From NCBI RefSeq assembly GCF_006345805.1, contig NC_043005.1, forward strand, positions 24,738,001-24,802,000: a stretch of 64,000 nucleotides of DNA, written 5' to 3'. Positions 54,206-64,000 of this stretch are shown here, piece by piece. Under the pieces are notes generated by a model. The model searched no databases. It was not told the DNA's origin and saw only the letters and a list, made by a program, of their open reading frames with translations. Made by a program: the position numbers and the translations under genes. The DNA comes from Octopus sinensis (lineage: Eukaryota). Position 1 is the stretch's first letter. Every line of letters begins with the position of its first letter.

Positions 54206-54432
54206 GCCTATGTGTGTGTATATAATTGTCTTATTTTTGTACTTTTTCTTTGTTTTATATGTTTGGGGTGACGGGATGGGGGAGGGGACTGCGGTCAAAT
54301 TGACCCCAATACGTTTTTTAAAGTTTGGTCATTATTCTATCGGTTTGTTTTACAGAACCCCTTAGTTACGGGGGCGCAAATAAACTAACATCGGTTGTCA
54401 AGCGGTGTGCGTCCACCAGATTTACTCACAGG

Positions 54433-54589
54433 CAGGGGCGGACTGAGCCGTCGGTAAGTCGGACACTGCTCGAGGCCCCGGAGCTCCGAGGGGCCCGCAC
54501 TCTACATGTTAACTCTACGAAAACACACACTGAAAGGGGCCTAGTAAACAGTTATGCCCGAGGGTCTTAATACTCTCAGTCCGCCCCTA
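54433..54589. mobile_element. hAT-like MITE (family E)
   Basis: TIR CAGGGGCGGACTGAG / CTCAGTCCGCCCCTA; flanks CTCACAGG / CTCACAAT. A related copy at about 8845-9460 carries D copy 1. Confidence 0.8.
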
Positions 54590-54857
54590 CTCACAATGTA
54601 TTATTCGGCCCAGGGCGAAAGTAAAATAAAACAAAACCCCACTTCCACAAGGTGCTGCGCATTGGGACAGACCCTGAAGCCACGAAGTTGCTAAGTTAGC
54701 TTCTTATCACCATAGCCATGACGCTCGCACACACACGCACACATACATGCACTCTCTCTCTCACACACACACACACACGTACGCACGCATACATACACAA
54801 ACGCAAGCTCACACATATGCACACATACACGCACTCACACGCACTCACACACGTACG

Positions 54858-54893
<36 letters not shown>

Positions 54894-56365
54894 CACACAC
54901 GTACGCACATACACACGTACGCACATGCACACACACACACACACACACACACATAAGCACACACTCAAACACACTTGCACACACCAGCTTTCTTTCGTGA
55001 TATGAAAACACATTTTTACTGTTGTCCGAACTAGTTGTTTACGCGACTAATGAATAATGAATAACTGATTGAATAAATACATAAATAAATAAATATTGTA
55101 TAAAGTATCTGATTGATTAAGCTCCTTACTTTAAGTCTCTTACGACTATTTACTTTCAGCGTCCTTTCACAATATCCGGATATTTTACATTTTACTATAA
55201 GCCCCTGACATCGATCTTATCGATTATACCCTACTTTACTCTGTTAGAACTAATTTCTTTCATTGATATATGGGCTGATGAAATGGTTAAAACCTGGAGC
55301 ACAGTAGATTAAATGCCTTGCTGTATTCTACATGCTCTGAGTTCAAAACTTACCGATGGTGGATTTGCGTTTCATTTCTAATGGCGTCGATAAAAGAAGG
55401 GTAATTTGCTGAGCTCAGGACATTACCTTTACTTTTGTCAGTCAGGAGTTTAACAAAAGAAAAAACGATGCTCTCAATAGGCGCTCTGGATGCAAATTGT
55501 ATCGAGCATCAACTTTACTTTTGGTCCTTTCTGTGGCGGAATTTTGGAATAGCTCTCAAAGTCTCATACCTGATAGGAGAGGAAAAGGGTAGTCTATTTT
55601 TTTCTTTTCTTTTGTCCTTCAAATTTCAATTTTTTTTTTGCATTATAGTCCCAATTTTCCTTCTCTATGAAATGTAGAAATTCAAGGGATAACTGTAGTC
55701 TTTCGATAAAAGTCTATGACGTCATTAGTTAGTATGCGATATTGTTTCATCTGCTCGACAGAGCTTAGCAAACACACTCGCATATATGCTCAGCCATGAC
55801 TGACGTCATATACTAATACCGAAATATTGTCGGGATAGCTATTCCAAAATTCCGCACCTTCGGGTCCATCAAGTACCTATGAAGTTGTGAATTTGGGTTC
55901 TCTGTCTGTCTCTCCTTTCTTTCCCTCTTTCTGCCTGCCTGCCTCTCTCGCACTTGCTGCTCTGTGAAAAGGGTCATGTGACAGAGTACATTTTCTGCAG
56001 ACATGAAAAAAATGGTGAGGAGCTGCTTTCAACCCCTTCTCAAAGAGGAGGAGAAAAAAAACCCCAGCCGCAGAAACCGTCCAAGGTCTTGCTACATAAC
56101 ATGGAACAGAAATAAATCAACCCACCACCCCTATCACGATATGTTAGAAATCAATATTATAAAGAACTTCTAAGATTTTAAATTTACGTTTTATATTTGT
56201 GTTGTCCTTGTGGCAAATATAAAAAAATAGGAGGGGTACCATTTTAGCGTGCTTTCTACCTGGCCTATTACAACTTAGGGTGCATTCTGCTCCTGACCTT
56301 AACTCTAACCCTATTTCTTTTCACAGCGTAGACTACAGATGGCACGGTAGACAGTACGCTAAAGT

Positions 56366-56531
56366 TCGTTGTGAGTTCAAATTCCGCCGAGGTCGACTTT
56401 GCCTTTCATCCTTTCGGGGTCGATAAATTAAGTACCAGTTACGCACTGGGGTCGATGTAATCAATTTAATACCTATGTCTGTTCTTGTTTGTCCCCTCTG
56501 TGTTTAGCCCCTTGTGGGTAATAAAGAAATA
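56366..56531 (+). mobile_element. 5'-truncated SINE A tail2 unit with a 20-bp target-site duplication
   Basis: GGTAGACAGTACGCTAAAGT at 56346-56365 and at 56532-56551. Confidence 0.92.
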
Positions 56532-56841
56532 GGTAGACAGTACGCTAAAGTAACACCAAACTGGCTTTGAATTGTTAATATTATTCAAATTCCGAGATGA
56601 ACTTAGTCTTTCAATCTCTCGGTATTGTTAAAGTATATTGCCAATGGACAAATCGATTTATACTCCTACAACGTGAGAAGAATTATAATAGAGGTCTAAT
56701 GGTATAATCTCCTTTTGTACATTATGTTGAACTAGTAACGAAATAATAAGTACCATCTAACCCTAATGTCTTAGAACAGCGAAGAATTAGAAAATTTACT
56801 ATTTTTAAATCTCACAACGTGAGATATTCAGCAACAGTACT

Positions 56842-57004
56842 TTGTAGTAAAGATTGTTTGCCAACATATCATGGCAATCTTGGTTTAGGACACAGATCGT
56901 GTCGTATAGCCAGCTTGAGACGATGTCTCCTGGGGCTAAATTACAGCAACATTCGTCCTAAACCAGGACTGCCATGTTATGTTGGCAAACAATCTTTACT
57001 ACAA
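56842..57004. mobile_element. Fold-back MITE-like element
   Basis: Inverted arms of about 50 bp (TTGTAGTAAAGATTGTTTGCCAACAT..TGGTTTAGGAC) with a few mismatches around a short spacer. Confidence 0.7.
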
Positions 57005-57113
57005 CTGTGAAGAAGATAGACATAACTTAGTAATGAGCAAATATAGAAACACAAGTCGAAGAAAATTTAGGCTTCAAGAACTTTTAATGAAAATTGTTAA
57101 TTTGGATAAGTTA

Positions 57114-57281
57114 CAGGGCTGGTCCCAGGAATTTTTCCAAGGGAGGGCACAAGGTCAGAAGCGAATACAATTCCAGGAGTGAAGGGCGTAATAACATTCT
57201 TTAGAAGGGCGCACTTCTGTACTTGAGCGGGGGTGGGGTACGTGCCCCTCAGCTCATCCCACTCTCTTGGGTCCGCGCCTG
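57114..57281. mobile_element. hAT-like MITE, degenerate
   Basis: CAGGGCTGGTCCCAG / CTTGGGTCCGCGCCTG imperfect TIRs, GC-rich interior; TSD not clear. Confidence 0.5.
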
Positions 57282-58139
57282 AGTTAAGGAAAATAGTCTC
57301 AGGTATGGCTAGGTAGGAGGTTAAGAAGCGTGCTTTGCAGTCACAGCATTTCAGGTTCGGTCCCTCTGCGAGTTAGCTTCAACAAGTGTTCTCTACTGTA
57401 GCCCTGAGCCAACTAATACCTTGTGTGTGAATGAATTTGGTCGACGGAAATCGTATGTGTGTGTGTGTGTGTGTGTGTCGGGGGGGGGGGTCTTTTCTGC
57501 CCCACCCACCACTTGACCGGTGTTGCTTCAATTACTTTCCTGTAACTTAGCCGTTCGACGAAAGTGACCAGACTTCATATATAAGTACTGGGATCGATTT
57601 CTTCGACTGGGCCCTTCAATGAGGTGCTCCAGCATGGTCTTAGTCCAGTGACTGAAACAAGCACAAAAGAAAAAGAAAGATAAAATAGAATCTTGATATT
57701 TCGGACCTTGTTCTTTATCTAAACTGTTTCGATACTACTCTAGCGTGTGGTCTGCCGCAGTGTCCGTGCTCTACCCTTGTAATCCGCAGATGCGCTGGAA
57801 TCAATTCGTACGACCGATCTATTTGAATAGATTTCGAGTTAAACTACAGCAATAAAACAAAAAAAAAACATGCATTTGGCACCATGGTAGAACCACCAAT
57901 CAAGTATTCTTTTATTCTTTTACATGTTTCAGTCATTTGACTGCGACCATGCTGAGGCACAGCCTTAAAGTGTTTTAGTCGACGAAATCGACCCCAGGAC
58001 TTATTATTTTGTAAGCTTAGTACTTATTCTATCGGTCTCTTTTGCCGAACCGCGAGGTTACAGAGACGTAAACACACCGACATAAGTTGTGAAGCGATAG
58101 TAGTAGGACACACACACACACACACATTGCTTATATACT

Positions 58140-58545
58140 CTTTACTCTTTACTCTTTTACTTGTTTCAGTCATTTGACTGCGGCCATGCTGGAGCACCAC
58201 CTTTAATCGAGCAACTCGACCCCAGGACTTATTCTTTGTAAGCCCAGTACTTATTCTGTCGGTCTCTTTTGCCGAACCGCTAAGTGACGGGGACATAAAC
58301 ACACCAGCATCGGTTGTCAAGCAATGCTAGGGGGACAAACACAGACACACAAACACACCCGCACACACATATATATATACATATACACGACGGGCTTCTT
58401 TCAGTTTCCATCTACCAAATCCACTCACAAGGCTTTGGTCGGCCCGAGGCTATAGTATAAGACACTTGCCCAAGGTGCCACGCAGTGGGACTGAACCCGG
58501 AACCATGTGGTTGGTTAGCAAGCTTCTTACCACACAGCCATGCTT
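58140..58545 (-). mobile_element. SINE B, full length
   Basis: Reverse complement; a 3'-half copy lies at about 57910-58125. Confidence 0.9.
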
Positions 58546-58882
58546 GCTCCTATTATGTCGCTATCTTTTCAATTGTCACGAAAGCAACCTCACGCAAATA
58601 GAAAAAGTCTCACCCAGTTCCGGCAATCAGTACTCTCATTTTATCCATTTTATTTGTATTGTAATTAAAATAAGCTTCAACCAAGTAGAAGGGCTGGAAC
58701 ATTCTGTATTCACGTGCTATTATGTAGAGGATTATTTTGTTTACGTACTAAACCTGAAATATGAAGAGGACATTGTTAGTGAAACGTGTCAACTGTCGCT
58801 GCCATGCGATCTTTAATAACTCAACGACACCATCCGTATGAAAAACAAACAAAACAAAAACCAGTCGGTGTTGTATTTAATA

Positions 58883-59118
58883 TCGTGTGTTCAGAAAGTC
58901 ACTCCGCAGTAACTATTTAATGGTTTTGGGGTGATTTTTGTACACTGATCCTTTACTTGCTTCTCAGAAAAAAAAAAGTCTGGCGGTGATAAATCAGGTG
59001 AGATTGGTGGCCAAAGTCCTTTCGAAATAATCCGTTCACCGAAAAGCTCTTGAAGTAGCTCCATGGTGATGCGCAATTTGAATAAAAATCACTGCGGAGA
59101 GACTTTTTGAAAACCCTG
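58883..59118 (-). mobile_element. Small internally deleted Tc1/mariner-superfamily element
   Basis: Imperfect TIRs of about 27 bp (..TTCAGAAAGTCACTCCGCAGT / ACTGCGGAGAGACTTTTTGAAAACCCTG-TA); internal ERIISKGLWPPISPDLSPPDFF. Confidence 0.7.
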
Positions 59119-59332
59119 TACTGACTAGAAATAATTTTGTGGCGTGCAAAAAAAAAAAAAAAAAAAGGGCAGTCTTAAATGATTTTGAACATAATTTAAC
59201 CTAGAATCTCGCTGTTCTGCGAGTTTATTATCGATTTGGCAGGCATCAGCACGCATCAGTAAATAATCTGTTTTGCTGAATTCTGTAAACCAAAGCCACC
59301 ATTTTTGTTTAGTTCCATCGATTTGACGTTGG

Positions 59333-59378
59333 CTTTGACTGAAGAGAGACAACCAGGTCGAAACATCGGTGTCTAAAG
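59333..59378 (+). ncRNA. Type I hammerhead ribozyme motif (CUGAAGA core)
   Basis: CTTTGA-CTGAAGA-ga GAC aaccag GTC-GAAACA tcgg TGTC-TAAAG. 3-bp stem III; predicted GUC cleavage after 59373; stem I has one bulge. Confidence 0.55.
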
Positions 59379-60074
59379 TTCTACGTCAGTTAACTGTCGC
59401 GTTCACGAAGGTTTATTGGTATCTGTTGGGGCACGACAGGTTTCCCGAAGTTAATGTTAGCGTTACCTTTTATCTTTTCTGGGCCGATAACATAAAGTAA
59501 AAAGTACCAGTCAGATACTGGTGTCGATGGCATCCGCTAAGCCCTTCCTTTAAAACTGCTGGCCATATGATTAAATTAGAAACAATTATTACACCCACAC
59601 ACATACACGCACGCATACGCACACGCACGCATACGCACACGCACGCATGCACACACACACGCACACACTCAAACAAACCTACACACACGCACACACACAT
59701 ACACACCCCACACACAGCTCCATAACAGGATATACTACACACCCGCTTATCATGTACTGAATTAATTATTCTTTTCTGTTCTCGGCACAAGGACTATCCC
59801 CCTTATGGGCAAGGGGGATAGGCGATTACATCGACCTCAGTACTAAACTGGTACTTATTTTACCGACACCCAAAGGATGAAAGGCAAAGTCGACCTCGGC
59901 GGAATTTGAACTCAGAACATAAAGACTGACGAAATACCACTAAGCATTTCGTCCGGCGTACTAACGTTTCTTAATTCTTTATTGAAATTTGAATTCAGAA
60001 CGTAGCGACGAGCGAAATACCGCTAAGCATTACGAATTTTTTGCCAGCTCACCGCCTTACTACTAATAATAATG

Positions 60075-60697
60075 ATCTTTTCTACTCTAGGCACATGGCC
60101 CGACATTTTGGGGGAGGGGCCAGTCGATTAGTTGACTCCAGTACGCAACTTGTACTTAATTTATCGACTCCGAAAGGATGAAAGGAAAAGTCGACCTCGG
60201 CGGAATTTGAACTTAGAACTCGGAATTTGAACTCAGCATTTCGCCCGGCTTGCTAACGTTTATGCCAGTTCGCCGCCTTAAATATTTATTTCTTTATTGC
60301 CCACAAGGGACTAAACAGAGGGGACAAACAAGGACAGACAAACGGATTAAGTCGATTACATCGACCCTAGTGCTTAACTGGTACTTAATTTATCGACCCC
60401 GAAATGATGAAAGCAAAGTCTACCTCGGCGGAATTTGAACTCAGAACGTAGCGGCAGACGAAATACTTATTTCTTTACTACCCACAAGGGGTTAAACACA
60501 GAGAGTACAAACAAGGACAGACAGACGGATTAAGTCGATTACATTGACCCCAGTGCGTAACTGGTACTTATTTAATCGACCCCGAAAGGATGAAAGGCAA
60601 AGTCGACCTCGGCGGAATTTGAACTCAGGACGTAGCGGCAGACGAAATACCGCTAAGCATGTCGCCCGGCGTGCTAAAGTTTCTGCCAGCTCGCCGC
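60075..60697 (-). mobile_element. SINE A dimer followed by a separate monomer
   Basis: Junction at 60467/60468; the tail2 end near 60290 abuts a new head. Confidence 0.88.
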
Positions 60698-61300
60698 TTT
60701 TATACAGAATATAAATAATACTAACAACACGAAAGACTGTTACTCATAGATACAGACTCATGGTCTCACCGTCGCACACACCAAGCCCGCGTACATGCAC
60801 GCGTCTACTCACTAGCGTGCGCACATACTCCATACACAGACAAACACATACACTCTCTCTCTCTCTCTCACGCACCCAGGCACACACGCACCGACACACT
60901 TATTGTCCGTCTGTCTCTGACTTCATGACTGGTAGAAGTTGGTATTTTAATTTAAAGAACAGACACCAGAATAAAGAAAAACAAAAAAAAACCAAAAAAG
61001 CAAAACAAAAAATAAACAAAACAAACATTACTGTTTGATTTAAAGCGTTCCTCGAAAGTAGTAATTCTCCAACTGGAGTAGATTTTTTTCTCTGGGGTTT
61101 GTGGGATAAAAATTCACATAATTTGCGGGTAGACTACGTCTTACCTGTTCACAAGTTATACAATCGTCAAAGCTTCTTAGAAGTACGTACCTTCAAAATT
61201 ATACGTCCTATGCACACAAGTAACGAAAGCTACATGGATTGTCAAGTGGCGGGGGACAAATACGCCCCTCCACCTCACACACACACACACACACACACTA

Positions 61301-61528
61301 CAGTAATCCTTCGACTGTCTCGGGTGTTACGTTCCAAAACCTCCCGCGATAGGTAAAAATCCACGAAGTAGAAATAAACCTTACTGTTTTGTATAGTTTT
61401 TTATTATTATTTGTATAGTTTGTATATATTTATTTTATTATAAATGCAAAACAACACCGCAGAGGAATCGATGTAAGCTTAAATGATAAACCGCGATAGG
61501 CGAACCGCGATATGGCGAGCGATTACTG
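61301..61528. mobile_element. Tigger/pogo-like MITE
   Basis: TA-CAGTAATC...GATTACTG-TA termini with repeated CCGCGATA subterminal motifs. Confidence 0.7.
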
Positions 61529-61893
61529 TACACATCTATATATTTCGACGTAGGCATTTCTGTGTGCTTCGTAACCACGTGGTTTTGCGTCCTGTCCTAC
61601 AATGGCTCCCAGACAAAGTGTCTTCTACTATAAACCGAACTCAACTAATGCTTTATGAGTGAATCTGGTGGACGGAAACTGTGAGAAGCCCTTTGTGTGT
61701 GTGTGTGTTCGTTTTTGGCTCATGTGGTGTAAGTTCCTTTGCGTACTGCTAACTTAGCAGTTTGGCATAAAGGAAAGATAAAGCGGGTGCCAGATTTCAA
61801 AATAAATACTGGAACCGATTTATTTGACTAATCCTACAAGTCGGTGTTCCAACATGATCGCAGCCCAATGACTGACACAAGTAAAAGGGTATA

Positions 61894-62789
61894 CGTGGTC
61901 TGATCAATAAGTATCCGGACTGTTGCCATAGTAACGAAGCTAAAGCACGTAGAGTAAAGCCGCTTTGGCACAGATTCACTTTGGATTCTGCTGTACATGT
62001 GCACTAAGTTTTAACATTCTAGCTCACTTCCACTTTTACAGCAGTGCTTGGAAGGAAGGTGTGTAGCGTGTGATCGTCGCATTGACCTTGACAGAGGAAG
62101 TTGAGTAGAGAATCTGCATCAAATTTTGCCTAGAGCTTGGCGATACCTGCTCAGAGGCCTACGCATAATTTTCAAAAGGTTTTCATCACTCTCGACACAA
62201 CCAAGGAGATCTTGTGCAACTGAAACCCGGGTGTCTTCTCGGTCAGCTGAAAGCAGTTTTGGCATAAACTTGGCAGACATGCGTCTCATACCCAAATCTT
62301 CAGTGATAATGGACTGAACTGAACCATAACTAATCTGCACATCTTCTGATAACTCGCGGATGGTGATTCGACGATTTCCCCTCACAGCTGCACGCACATC
62401 TGCAATGTTTTTCTCAAGTTCTGCTTGTTGCGGGTCTCCCAGAACATTTATCAGTATCGACAGTTTTTCGGCCATCTTAGAAACGTTTGAACCACACGTA
62501 CACTTGTGTCCGACTCATATACTCCTCTCCATACACTTTTTGCAACGTTGCATTAGCCTCTGAGCAGGTATCGCCGTGACAATTTTCTCTGTCATGGTCA
62601 ATGCGACGATCACACGCTACATACCTTCCTTGCAAGTACTGCTGTAAACAACAGAAGTGAGCGAGAACGTTAAATCTTTGTGCGCATACACAACAGAGTT
62701 AAAGGTCAGTATTTGCCAAGCGGCTTTACTCTGCATGCTTTCGCTTCGTTACTATGGCAACAGTCCGGATACTTATTAATCAGACCTTG
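61894..62789. mobile_element. Mariner derivative built from two convergent 5' ends
   Basis: 61894-62165 is TIR + 5' UTR + transposase start on +; 62166-62789 is the same 5' region on -, encoding the HTH (RRITIRELSEDVQISYGSVQSI, SAKFMPKLL) and stopping before the first catalytic Asp. Confidence 0.88.
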
Positions 62790-62968
62790 TCTGTTAAAAA
62801 CGAAAATGTATGGCCGTCACTAGCATGTGAGTATGTACCATACTTTTGATAATTACTTTAGGTGCCTGTGTATTTGCGAGCAGACATTGACGTCTCCTCG
62901 GCCCGCCTTCACCTAGCGGGACATCGATGATTTGATAGATCGAAAGAGAGAGAGAGGGAGAGAGAGAG

Positions 62969-63021
<53 letters not shown>

Positions 63022-63189
63022 TGTACTCATTCTCAACTGAGTAGAGATCAGCAATGTGAAACGAAATGCCTTGTTCATGGACACAACGTTCCGCTAGTCC
63101 AGGAATCGAGCCCGCGACCTACTTATTATGAGGCGAGGTCGCGCGCACACATACACACACACACGCGCTCTCTCTCTCTCTCTCTCTCT

Positions 63190-63194
63190 GTATG

Positions 63195-63229
<35 letters not shown>

Positions 63230-63530
63230 CTGTGTGCATTTACATATATATGTATGTGTGTCTGTGTGCATTTACATATATATGTATGTGTGTCTGTGTG
63301 CATATACATATATATGTATGTGTGTCTGTGTGCATATACATATATATGTATGTGTGTCTGTGTGCATATATATATATATATATGTATGTGTGTCTGTGTG
63401 CATATATATATATATATATGTATGTGTGTCTGTGTGCATATACATATATATGTATGTGTGTCTGTGTGCATATACATATGTATGTATGTGTGTCTGTGTG
63501 CATATACATATGTATGTATGTATGTGTGTG
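63190..63530. repeat. Minisatellite of ~28-34 bp units (TATGTATGTGTGTCTGTGTGCATATA..)
   Basis: About ten imperfect units. Confidence 0.9.
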
Positions 63531-63621
63531 CAGCCCGTAATCATCAGGCTGTGGGTTCAATTCCTGGATCAAGCAGTGTGACGTGTCCTTGAGTAAAGCA
63601 CTTTACTTCACATTGCTCCAG

Positions 63622-63652
<31 letters not shown>

Positions 63653-64000
63653 TCCTCCCTTCCTCCTTCCTCTCTCTCTTCTCCCTCCTCTCTCTCTCCC
63701 CATCTCCTTCTTCAATCAGCCGCTAGAATACAGTGATATCGCACTACTTTATCCTTCAAATCCTCCAAGGCACACTGGATATGCAAGTTCATTATATCAT
63801 TAAGACGTGGTGGTCACGGTTGATGTTTTTCGTTATAGGTTTGCTCAGTTAAAGCTAATAAGCAACTAAACAGCAAATACCTGAAAGGTAATCAATACTT
63901 TTAGAAATAGTTTTCTCTTAATGATTAATGTCTGTGTAATGACCTTAAGCTCATAAATCGTGCGCTGATAACCCTCTACTATAACCATATTCTCTAAACT

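Noticed and set aside
56001-56060. TTTTCTGCAG-ACATGAAA as exon 2 of the calcium-binding gene
   Set aside because: In the required phase it reads DMKKMVRSC, not an EF-hand loop.

Overview
AT-rich, repeat-saturated eukaryotic genomic DNA. The SINE families and microsatellite density suggest an octopus/cephalopod genome (inference from recalled repeat sequences, not a database result). Most ORFs in the supplied track are microsatellite or SINE read-throughs. The only host-gene candidate is one coding exon at 50281-50374 (+), absent from the ORF track, that resembles the N-terminus of calexcitin/sarcoplasmic calcium-binding proteins and ends in a canonical GTAAGT donor. The rest is transposon-derived: at least five tRNA-headed SINE families, two mariners, two DD37D (maT-like) elements, a Tx1/L1-type LINE 5' half, a hAT transposase pseudogene, an R4/Dong-like endonuclease fragment, a non-autonomous Helitron, and several MITEs (Mutator-, hAT-, piggyBac- and Tigger-like). 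The main leads: (1) signs that a Tx1-type retrotransposon targets one position in the dominant SINE head, with a SINE variant using a LINE-like tail to build head-to-tail arrays at that site; (2) four type I hammerhead ribozyme motifs in different sequence contexts, one inside a tRNA-headed SINE; (3) a 9-bp-TSD MITE found each time in GC-rich ends of hAT-like elements; (4) a mariner made of two 5' ends. All coordinates were read by hand; boundaries of degenerate repeats are approximate.
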